Origin: a virus
Lineage: Duplodnaviria; Caudoviricetes
Direction: 5' to 3' (one strand)
DNA length: 36,904 bases
IMG/VR virus record: IMGVR_UViG_3300038809_000038
Span: 1-36,904 of that record
Below are positions 18,448 to 25,771 of this stretch, piece after piece. Numbering within the stretch: position 1 is the stretch's first letter; each line of letters opens with the position of its first letter. Under the pieces are notes generated by a model. The model saw only the letters and a program-made list of their open reading frames with translations. It did not search any database and was not told the DNA's origin. Position numbers and translations under genes: made by a program.

Positions 18448-18924
18448 ATGATTACAGTCGAGCTGGATCACCAGCGTCTGCAGGACGCTTTACGCCGGGT
18501 CGAGTGGGCCGTGGGCGATGTTGCGCCCTTGATGCGTGGCATAGCCGCCGAGCTGGCCAGCCAGACCGAGGAGAACTTTGAGGAGGAAGGTCGGCCCGAC
18601 TGGGAAGATCTGTCAGAGACCACCACCGAGCGGCGGACGAAGACAGGTAACTGGCCGGGTCAGATACTGCAGATCAGCGCTGCCGGACTGGCGGCCTCGA
18701 TCACCAGTCACGCCGATGACAGTACTGCCTTGGTCGGTAGCAACAAACCCTACGCCGCCATGATGCACTTTGGCGGCAAGAAGTCGGACTTCCCCCACCT
18801 GTGGGGTGATATTCCAGCACGCCCTTTCTTGCCAATGGACGCGGAAGGTCAGTTGCAACCCGATGCAGAAGAGGCAATCCTGGAACTGGCCATGCATCAC
18901 CTCCAAAAAGCCGCTCGCCTGTAA
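18448..18924 (+). CDS. virion morphogenesis protein (Mu gpG-like)
   Basis: GLAASIT, VGSNKPYAAMMHFGG, IPARPFL. Confidence 0.88.
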   Translation: MITVELDHQRLQDALRRVEWAVGDVAPLMRGIAAELASQTEENFEEEGRPDWEDLSETTTERRTKTGNWPGQILQISAAGLAASITSHADDSTALVGSNKPYAAMMHFGGKKSDFPHLWGDIPARPFLPMDAEGQLQPDAEEAILELAMHHLQKAARL

Positions 18925-19081
18925 CGCCCTCAGAGCCCCCTGGGCAACAACGTGGCTGCGGTTCATCGAACTGTAGGGGTGAACAACGCTGTAAACGCTT
19001 TATAAAGCCGACTCGCCATATCCTTTGCCAGCGGCGCGGGTGCAGATTGCGCCTTCGTCGTTTCGGCCCTCCATTTGAAAC

Positions 19082-19127
19082 TCTTTAAACTCGATTAAAA
19101 GCCATGAGCCGTTCTTCGGTTCAATCT
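19082..19127 (+). promoter_or_regulatory. late promoter 2 (head operon)
   Basis: TCTTTAAACTCGATTAAAAGCC, 18 nt, CAATCT. Confidence 0.75.
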
Positions 19128-19161
19128 GTGCGCATCACCTTCAACGGCAGCGTACAGCCCC

Positions 19162-20181
19162 ATGAAACCCATTCACATTTTCAAGTCCGGCAAACACATC
19201 GCCATGGGCGGGGGCAGCTTCGACTTTAGCGAGTCGGACCTGGCCGCCACGGTGAAAGCCTACGACCCGACACTGCACGAAGCCCCTCTGGTAATCGGTC
19301 ACCCAAAACACGATGCCCCGGCTGCTGGCTGGGTCAAGTCGTTGACGGCCACTCCTACAGGTCTGATCGCGGAGCCGCAGCAGGTAGATGCACAGTTCGC
19401 CGAACAGGTAGCCAGCGGCAGCTACAAGAAGGTTTCGGCATCCTTTTATCACCCTGACGCCGCCAACAACCCAGTGCCTGGTGTGTATTACCTGCGCCAT
19501 GTTGGCTTTCTTGGCGCCCAGCCACCGTCCGTCAAAGGCCTGCGCCCGATTGAGTTGGCCGAAGACGAAGCCGGTGTTGTCGAGTTTGGTGACTTCGGCG
19601 ACAGCGTTTCGGCGGGCATCTTCCGTCGCCTGCGTGAATGGCTAATTGCCAAGTTCGATGTCGAAACCGCCGACCAGGTTGTTCCAGGTTGGGACGTCGA
19701 CACCCTCCTTGCCGAGTCTCGCCGTGAAGACGGGCCAACGGCGTTCAGTGAACCCGCCCCCAAACCCAATACCGAGGCAGCCGCCGTGACCGAAGACGAA
19801 AAGAACGCCATCACCACCGAAAACACCCAGCTCAAAGCCAAACTCGCCAAGCGGGAAAAAGCCGATCTTGAGGCGGCCCAAACTGCTTTGCATACCAAGA
19901 ACGTCGAGTACGCCGAGCAGCTGGTTGCGGCGGGCATGAAACCTGTCCATGTCCCCGCCATTGTTGCCGCGTTGGATTACGCCGAGGGCGGCACCAAGCC
20001 CCTGGAGTTCGGTGAAGACGACGAGCGCGAGCCTTTGGCCGATGGTTTGAAGAAAGTCTTCAGTGCCCTGACTGGGGCGGTCAGCTTCAGCGAGCAGGCC
20101 ACCAAAGAACGGGCTGGCAAACACACCAAACAACCCGAAAACCCATTGCTGGCTGACGCTGAAGCCCGTACTCAAAAATAG
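19162..20181 (+). CDS. capsid maturation protease/scaffold (Mu gpI-like)
   Basis: APLVIGHP, YKKVSASFY, YLRHVGFLGAQPPSVKGL. Confidence 0.85.
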   Translation: MKPIHIFKSGKHIAMGGGSFDFSESDLAATVKAYDPTLHEAPLVIGHPKHDAPAAGWVKSLTATPTGLIAEPQQVDAQFAEQVASGSYKKVSASFYHPDAANNPVPGVYYLRHVGFLGAQPPSVKGLRPIELAEDEAGVVEFGDFGDSVSAGIFRRLREWLIAKFDVETADQVVPGWDVDTLLAESRREDGPTAFSEPAPKPNTEAAAVTEDEKNAITTENTQLKAKLAKREKADLEAAQTALHTKNVEYAEQLVAAGMKPVHVPAIVAALDYAEGGTKPLEFGEDDEREPLADGLKKVFSALTGAVSFSEQATKERAGKHTKQPENPLLADAEARTQK

Positions 20182-20189
20182 GAGGCCTC

Positions 20190-20558
20190 ATGGCCAATTT
20201 CACTCAGCCCAAAGACTTGGGCGACTTGTTACTGGTTGAAGTCAGCCCCGGCTGGACCAAACAAATAGGCGTCCTGTTGGCGGGCAGCAAATATTTGCTG
20301 GGCCAAGTGCTTGCCAAGGTCGATGGCAAGTACCAGGTACTTGATCCCGCAGGGGCCGCTGCGGCCAAGAAAGCGGTCGCAGTGTTGGGCGAAGACGTGG
20401 ACGCCACTGCTGGGGATCAGCCAGGTGTGCTGATCGCTCGCGGCGCCGTTATCGATCCAAACGAACTGGTGTGGCCTGCCGGTTTGCCTGACGCCCAAAA
20501 AGCTACCGCCCTGGGCGAACTCGATGCCCTGGGCATTGTTGCCCGTGCGGCTCTGTGA
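20190..20558 (+). CDS. head decoration protein (lambda D-like)
   Basis: LLGQVLAKVDGKY, AVAVL; lies between protease and capsid. Confidence 0.75.
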   Translation: MANFTQPKDLGDLLLVEVSPGWTKQIGVLLAGSKYLLGQVLAKVDGKYQVLDPAGAAAAKKAVAVLGEDVDATAGDQPGVLIARGAVIDPNELVWPAGLPDAQKATALGELDALGIVARAAL

Positions 20559-20571
20559 TTAGGAGTACTCC

Positions 20572-21552
20572 ATGAATCTGCAAGACATGTTCAGCATCGC
20601 CAACCTGACGGCAGCCGTTAACAAACTCCCAGCTATTCCTGGCAAGGTCGGTGCTATGGGGTTGTTTGACGAAAAAGGTGTTAACAGCACCAGTGTCGTC
20701 ATCGATGAGCGCGAGGGGCGCCTGATCCTGGTGCCCAACACGTCGCGTAATGATGATCCGGCCCCAGTTAAGGGAAGCAAGCGTCAGCGCAAGACCTTTG
20801 AAACCTTGCACCTGCCAGTCAGTCGGTCTCTGCTGCCCAGCCAGATCCAGGGTATTGCAGCCTTCGGCCAAGAAAATGCAGCAGCGCCTGTGGCCACCGT
20901 CATCAACGACAACCTGCAGGAACTGAAAAACAGCATTGAAGCCACTCGCGAATTCCAGCGAGTTGGTGCCCTGCGCGGCAAGCTGCTTGATGCAGACGGC
21001 GCCATCATCTCCGACCTCTATAAAGAGTTCGAAGTGGATCAGAAGAAAATCAACGTCGCCCTGGGCAATAAAGACACCAACGTGCGCAAAGCTTGCCTGG
21101 ATGCCAAACGCTACTCCGAATCCAAGCTCGGCGGTGTAATGGTCACAGGGTTCCGTTCTCTTTGCGGGCCGGGTTGGCTTGATGCTTTCGTGGAACACGA
21201 AAAAGTTAAGGCGGCATTCGCCAACTATCAAGAGGCCCAGGACCGTCTTGGTGGCGACGTACGTTCGGGCTTCACCTTCGGCGGCATTGAGTTCATCGAA
21301 TATGACGTGACCGTCAGCGGCCAGCGCTTCATTCCTTTGGATGTCGCCCAGGTGTTCCCTGTTGCAAAGGGCGTATTCCGCATGTTTAACGCCCCGGCCA
21401 ACTACAACGAAACCGTCAACACCTTGGGCCTGCCGTTCTACAGCAAAGCCGAGCCGCGCAGCCTGGGCAAAGGCTGGAACCTGGAAGCTCAAAGCAACCC
21501 ATTGGCCTTGTGCTTGTTCCCTGGAGCCCTGGTCGAACTGAAGATAGGCTGA
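20572..21552 (+). CDS. major capsid protein (lambda E-like)
   Basis: LTAAVNKLP, ATREFQRVGALRG, APANYNETVNT, QSNPLALC. Confidence 0.88.
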   Translation: MNLQDMFSIANLTAAVNKLPAIPGKVGAMGLFDEKGVNSTSVVIDEREGRLILVPNTSRNDDPAPVKGSKRQRKTFETLHLPVSRSLLPSQIQGIAAFGQENAAAPVATVINDNLQELKNSIEATREFQRVGALRGKLLDADGAIISDLYKEFEVDQKKINVALGNKDTNVRKACLDAKRYSESKLGGVMVTGFRSLCGPGWLDAFVEHEKVKAAFANYQEAQDRLGGDVRSGFTFGGIEFIEYDVTVSGQRFIPLDVAQVFPVAKGVFRMFNAPANYNETVNTLGLPFYSKAEPRSLGKGWNLEAQSNPLALCLFPGALVELKIG

Positions 21553-21555
21553 CCC

Positions 21556-21987
21556 ATGCGCTATTGCACCCACGCCGATATCGGCAACGCCATCCCCGAA
21601 ATAACGTTGATCCAGCTTTCCAATGATGATCCGGCTGCTCAGCAACCGAACGAAAACGTCATTGGTGACGGCGTGCGTCAGGCTGAGGAGTTGGTGGATG
21701 GCTATTTGCGCGGGCGCTATAACCTGCCGCTGGACCCGGTGCCAACTGTACTGCGTGATGCTGTGGTGTACCTGGCGCGGCATTGGCTGTATCAGCGTCG
21801 TCCCGAAGGGATGATGCCTGACCCAGTCAAGGATAGTCGCAAGGACACCATCAAGCTCCTGGAGAGCATTCGCGATGGCGTGGTGACCTTGGGTATGCCA
21901 ACCGGCCAAGCCGCACCAGAGCCTGGTGAGATCAAGGTTCGTGGTCGTCGTCGCCAGTTCAGTGACGATCAATGGAAAAGTTACTGA
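21556..21987 (+). CDS. head-tail connector (Mu gp36, DUF1320)
   Basis: YCT..DI, VDGYLRGRYNLPL, LARHWLYQRR. Confidence 0.85.
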   Translation: MRYCTHADIGNAIPEITLIQLSNDDPAAQQPNENVIGDGVRQAEELVDGYLRGRYNLPLDPVPTVLRDAVVYLARHWLYQRRPEGMMPDPVKDSRKDTIKLLESIRDGVVTLGMPTGQAAPEPGEIKVRGRRRQFSDDQWKSY

Positions 21988-22475
21988 TGAGCCAGCTCAA
22001 GCCCAAGACACAAACCGAACAGTTGCTGGATGCCTTTATCGCTCGGTTGAAAAAGGACTTCGACCGAGAGTTGGCGATAGAGCTGTTCCCCGAAAACCCA
22101 GTCCAGTACCGGCTCAACCATGCGTGTGGCGCGATCCTGGTGGCCTACGGCAAGTCGACGTTTGGCGCGTCGGAGGCCACTGACGCAGTGTTCCAAGCAC
22201 GCAACATGAGTTTTCAGCTGACGCTTGTGTTTCGCCAGCTTCACGGCACCAGCGGTGCGATCAGCTACCTGGATCGGATTCGCGAATGCCTGACTGGATG
22301 GAAGCCACCGCATTGCGATATGGCGTGCAGGCCAGCCTCCGAACACTTCATCGGCCAAGTGCAAGGGCTTTGGCAATACGGCGTAGCGATTACTACTCGC
22401 TCGCTACAGCTGCAAATCATGGGCCCTGAAGACGGCCCGCTACTGACAGAAGCCCGATTTGAGGAGTACCCATGA
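21987..22475 (+). CDS. Mu gp37-like tail completion protein
   Basis: ELFPENP..YRLNH..GAILVAY; TGATG overlap with the upstream stop. Confidence 0.78.
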   Translation: MSQLKPKTQTEQLLDAFIARLKKDFDRELAIELFPENPVQYRLNHACGAILVAYGKSTFGASEATDAVFQARNMSFQLTLVFRQLHGTSGAISYLDRIRECLTGWKPPHCDMACRPASEHFIGQVQGLWQYGVAITTRSLQLQIMGPEDGPLLTEARFEEYP

Positions 22476-22744
22476 AATCAACCCAGCCAACCGTGCTGAC
22501 CCAATACCGCTACACCGGCCCGCAGGGCAGCGCATCACTGCGCGTCGGCGAGTCAGGTGAGCTGATCGATGTGCAGCTGCTACCCGGAAAGCCGGTCGCT
22601 TTACCAGCAGATCATGAATACACCCTGGTGTTGTTGGAGCTGAAGCATTTGGTGCCGCTGCCTACAACCTCCGACGAACCTCCATCCAAGGCCGATCTAG
22701 TTCCGGTCAGCGATAAGAAAGGAGCGAAAGCAAATGACAGCTAA
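22472..22744 (+). CDS. hypothetical protein (gp38 position)
   Basis: YRYTGP...VALPADHEY; precedes the sheath. Confidence 0.65.
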   Translation: MKSTQPTVLTQYRYTGPQGSASLRVGESGELIDVQLLPGKPVALPADHEYTLVLLELKHLVPLPTTSDEPPSKADLVPVSDKKGAKANDS

Positions 22745-24158
22745 TTTTCTGCACGGCATCGAAACGGTCGAAGTCGAGCGTGGCCCTCGGGCTATTCGCG
22801 TGGTCAAGTCGGCGGTCATCGCCCTGGTCGGCACCGCGCCCATCGGGCCAATCAACGAGCTAACGTTGTCGCAGACTGAAGTCGACGACGCCAAGTTCGG
22901 CCCCGATCTGGCAGGCTTCAGCATCGCCGAGGCGCTTGCAGGCATTCACGCCTTCGGTGCTGGGACCATCCTGGTAGTCAATGTCCTCGATCCGGCAATC
23001 CACCGCAGCAATGTCGTGGGCCAGGCGCGCCAGTTTGGTGACAACGATTTACTGCAGCTGCAACACGGCGCATTGCAGCTGTTGGCGTTAAAGTCCGACG
23101 ACGACACCAACACCTATGTGCTGGGTACCGACTACACGGTGAACATGCTGACCGGTCGGGTAACACGCGTGGCTACCGGGAGCATTCCCGCAACGGCCAA
23201 GGTCAAGGCTGACTACACACATGCCGATCCAAGCAAGGTCACTCCAGCCGATATCATTGGCTCGGTGACTCAGGCGGGACGCCGCACTGGTCTGAAGGCT
23301 TTTCCTGACAGCTACAACCTATTTGGCTTCTTCCCCAAGCTTTTCATTGCGCCTGGCTTCAGCACCTTGAACTCGGTCGGTGTGGAATTGATCGCTTCAG
23401 CGACCCAGTTGAGTGGTGTTGCCTACATCGACGCGCCCATCGGCGCCACAGTCCAGCAAGTGATCGCCGGTCGTGGGCCAGTTGGCACCATCAATTTCAA
23501 CACCAGCAGCGACCGAGTGCGGTTGTGCTACCCCCATGTGAAGATCTACGACGCCAACACCAACGGTGAGCGCTTGCAGCCGTTGTCGATTCGTGCCGCG
23601 GGCCTGCGGGCCAAGGTTGATAATGACAAGGGTTACTGGTGGCCCAGCTCCAATCAGGAACTGGTAGGTGTCATCGGCCTGGAGCGGCCATTGACGGCGC
23701 GTGTGGATGATCCTAACAGCGAGGTCAACCTGCTCAACGAAAACGGTATCACCACCGTATTCAATTCGTTCGGTACCGGCCTGCGGCTGTGGGGCAATCG
23801 GACAGCCGCATGGCCGACCGTGACCCATATGCGTAACTTCGAAAACGTGCGTCGGACCAAGGATGTGGTCGACGAATCGATCCGCTACAGCTCGCTGCAG
23901 TTCGTCGATCAGCCAATCACCAACTCGTTGATCGACAGCGTCACAGAAAGCGTCAACCAATTCTTTCGCAAGCTGATTGGAGATGAGGCGCTGCTCGGTG
24001 GCGAGTGCTGGTATGACCCTGCGCGCAACCCGCAGACCGAAATCCAGTTGGGACACTTGTTGTTCAGCTACAAACTGACGGTGCCCCTGCCATTTGAACG
24101 CGGCACCTTTGAAACCGAAATCACCGGGGAATACCTGGTTAACCTGGGAGCCGCATAA
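22734..24158 (+). CDS. tail sheath protein (P2 FI-like)
   Basis: FLHGIETVEV, GYWWPSSN, GLRLWGNRT. Confidence 0.93.
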   Translation: MTANFLHGIETVEVERGPRAIRVVKSAVIALVGTAPIGPINELTLSQTEVDDAKFGPDLAGFSIAEALAGIHAFGAGTILVVNVLDPAIHRSNVVGQARQFGDNDLLQLQHGALQLLALKSDDDTNTYVLGTDYTVNMLTGRVTRVATGSIPATAKVKADYTHADPSKVTPADIIGSVTQAGRRTGLKAFPDSYNLFGFFPKLFIAPGFSTLNSVGVELIASATQLSGVAYIDAPIGATVQQVIAGRGPVGTINFNTSSDRVRLCYPHVKIYDANTNGERLQPLSIRAAGLRAKVDNDKGYWWPSSNQELVGVIGLERPLTARVDDPNSEVNLLNENGITTVFNSFGTGLRLWGNRTAAWPTVTHMRNFENVRRTKDVVDESIRYSSLQFVDQPITNSLIDSVTESVNQFFRKLIGDEALLGGECWYDPARNPQTEIQLGHLLFSYKLTVPLPFERGTFETEITGEYLVNLGAA

Positions 24159-24683
24159 ATGGCCGGTTTTAGCGCACATCGGATCGCCAACGCGGCGGTC
24201 TACCTGGACGGCAACAGCTTTTTCGCTCGGGCCGAAGAAATAGAGTTGGGATCGGTAAAAGCGGTGATGTCCGACCACCAGGGGCTGGGCTTGGTCGGCC
24301 TCATCGAATTTCCAGATGGTATCGACAAACTGGAAGGCAAGATCGTTTGGAACAGCCTTTACTTGGACGCCGCCAAGAAGGTGGCCGCACCGTTCAAGAG
24401 CGTGCAGTTGCAATGCCGTTCGAGCGTCCAGGTGTTCAACAGTGCTGGGCTGCAAGACGAGGTTCCGCTGGTCACCCTGATGACGGTGACCTTCAAGGAA
24501 TACGCCCTGGGCAGCTACAAGCCGCGTGATCCCAGCAAGTTTGAAACACCGTTCTCGGCCACGTATGTGCGCCAGTTGCTCAACGGTGAAGAGATCGTGT
24601 TGCTGGATTATCTGTCCAACATCTTCAAGGTTGGCGGTGAAGATCAGCTGTCCAAGTATCGGAAGAATATTGGTCAGGCTTAG
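24159..24683 (+). CDS. major tail tube protein (P2 FII-like)
   Basis: 174 aa after the sheath; GIDKLE, NIFKVGGEDQL..YRKNIG. Confidence 0.9.
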   Translation: MAGFSAHRIANAAVYLDGNSFFARAEEIELGSVKAVMSDHQGLGLVGLIEFPDGIDKLEGKIVWNSLYLDAAKKVAAPFKSVQLQCRSSVQVFNSAGLQDEVPLVTLMTVTFKEYALGSYKPRDPSKFETPFSATYVRQLLNGEEIVLLDYLSNIFKVGGEDQLSKYRKNIGQA

Positions 24684-24697
24684 GCCTGGAGGTGCTT

Positions 24698-24943
24698 ATG
24701 GGCCAGTCGCCCGTGGAGCAGGCGCAGAGATTTGAAGCGCTCGAAAAGTCGGAAGCGCTGGTGAAAATCTTTGACATGCAAATCCGCCGTGACATGGACT
24801 ATGTCCGCGCTCGCGATTACTGGAGTCGCTGCATACAAGATCTGCCCATCGCTACGTTGGTAGAGGCATTGGCCAGGCTGTCCTCGGGACGTTATCAAAT
24901 GACTCCGAGAAACCAATGCCACTGCTGCAGACATCGACATTGA
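24698..24943 (+). CDS. hypothetical protein with a Cys/His-rich C-terminus
   Basis: GGAGGT SD before ATG 24698; ends CHCCRHRH. Confidence 0.65.
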   Translation: MGQSPVEQAQRFEALEKSEALVKIFDMQIRRDMDYVRARDYWSRCIQDLPIATLVEALARLSSGRYQMTPRNQCHCCRHRH

Positions 24944-24992
24944 CGTGTAACAGGACAAACTCCAATGGACTGGAGTCGCCAGGACGGCAATC

Positions 24993-25026
24993 AGAAGCCC
25001 CGCCATCGTGCGGGGCTTCTTTCTTT
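24993..25026 (+). terminator. intrinsic terminator
   Basis: AGAAGCCCCGC-catcgt-GCGGGGCTTCT followed by TTCTTT. Confidence 0.85.
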
Positions 25027-25067
25027 AAACTCGGTTAAAAGCCAAAACCACGGCCAGGCGCGACACT
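25022..25067 (+). promoter_or_regulatory. late promoter 3 (tail chaperone/tape measure)
   Basis: TCTTTAAACTCGGTTAAAAGCC, 18 nt, GACACT. Confidence 0.72.
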
Positions 25068-25117
25068 CAGGGCTCTTATAGAGCAACCGATCATTCGATC
25101 AACCTGGAGCAACTAAC

Positions 25118-25432
25118 GTGGCCGACAAACTCAGTCTCACTCTCAAATTTCCCTTCAAATCCGCAGCTGGCACGCAGATTAGCTCGCTGCCAATTAATCG
25201 TCTCAAACGCAAAGACATCAGCGCCGCCCAAAGCCACAGCAAAGACGAAGCGGCTATGGAAGATTTTCTGCTGGCAAAAATGACCGGTATGACCATCGAG
25301 GACCTGATGGACCTGGATATCGCAGACTCCAAAACCGTCACCGAGGTGTTGCGGGAAATGGCTAGCGGCGGAGACCTTGCTGCAGTCCTGGGACGAAGCG
25401 TTGCTGTTGGTACTGAGGATGCAGCCCTCTGA
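25118..25432 (+). CDS. tail assembly chaperone (P2 gpE / Mu gp41-like)
   Basis: LKFPF, RLKRKDI, MTIEDLMDLDIAD; GTG start with a GGAG SD. Confidence 0.85.
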   Translation: MADKLSLTLKFPFKSAAGTQISSLPINRLKRKDISAAQSHSKDEAAMEDFLLAKMTGMTIEDLMDLDIADSKTVTEVLREMASGGDLAAVLGRSVAVGTEDAAL

Positions 25433-25532
25433 GATCGACGAGCTGGAGATGGAGCGGTACTGGTTTTGGGTTGATGTATGTCAGCGAGAGATCATTCGCC
25501 GGAACGAAATTTCCGAGCAAATGAACCGCTGA
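25308..25532 (+). CDS. gpE'-like chaperone extension in the +1/-2 frame (open frame given stop to stop)
   Basis: Translates ...LLLVLRMQPSEIDELEMERYWFWVDVCQREI..., resembling the GpE' 'PSEI..M....W' pattern. Confidence 0.65.
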   Translation, partial: WTWISQTPKPSPRCCGKWLAAETLLQSWDEALLLVLRMQPSEIDELEMERYWFWVDVCQREIIRRNEISEQMNR

Positions 25533-25752
25533 TCAACGCCACCAGACCAACCACTACTCCCGTCAACAATGCGCCGCCCGCTGCAATAGGGGCAGCTACC
25601 AAGGCCAGCAGCGGCAGGCCCAGGCAAAACATCAATGCCGCAGCCCATACGGGAAGGTTTGCCAGGCATAGCCAGGCAAGCCAGATCACACCGACGCCGA
25701 TGGCCAGTGCATAAAGGGTTTTGGCGGTGAGCAGAGCGGTTTTCTCAAACAT
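25492..25752 (-). CDS. small antisense membrane protein (moron)
   Basis: MFEKTALL... 86 aa, almost entirely hydrophobic; fills the gap before the tape measure gene. Confidence 0.7.
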   Translation of the reverse strand: MFEKTALLTAKTLYALAIGVGVIWLAWLCLANLPVWAAALMFCLGLPLLALVAAPIAAGGALLTGVVVGLVALISGSFARKFRSGE

Positions 25753-25771
25753 GCTTGCAGCGTAGCAAATT

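Noticed and set aside
20503-21972. 489-aa minus-strand ORF
   Set aside because: Antisense shadow of the capsid and gp36 genes, expected from GC codon bias; no recognisable motifs
23397-24455. 352-aa minus-strand ORF
   Set aside because: Shadow of the sheath and tube genes
25352-25366. Lambda-like -1 slippery site GGGAAAT
   Set aside because: Wrong phase, and the -1 frame reaches TAG within two codons
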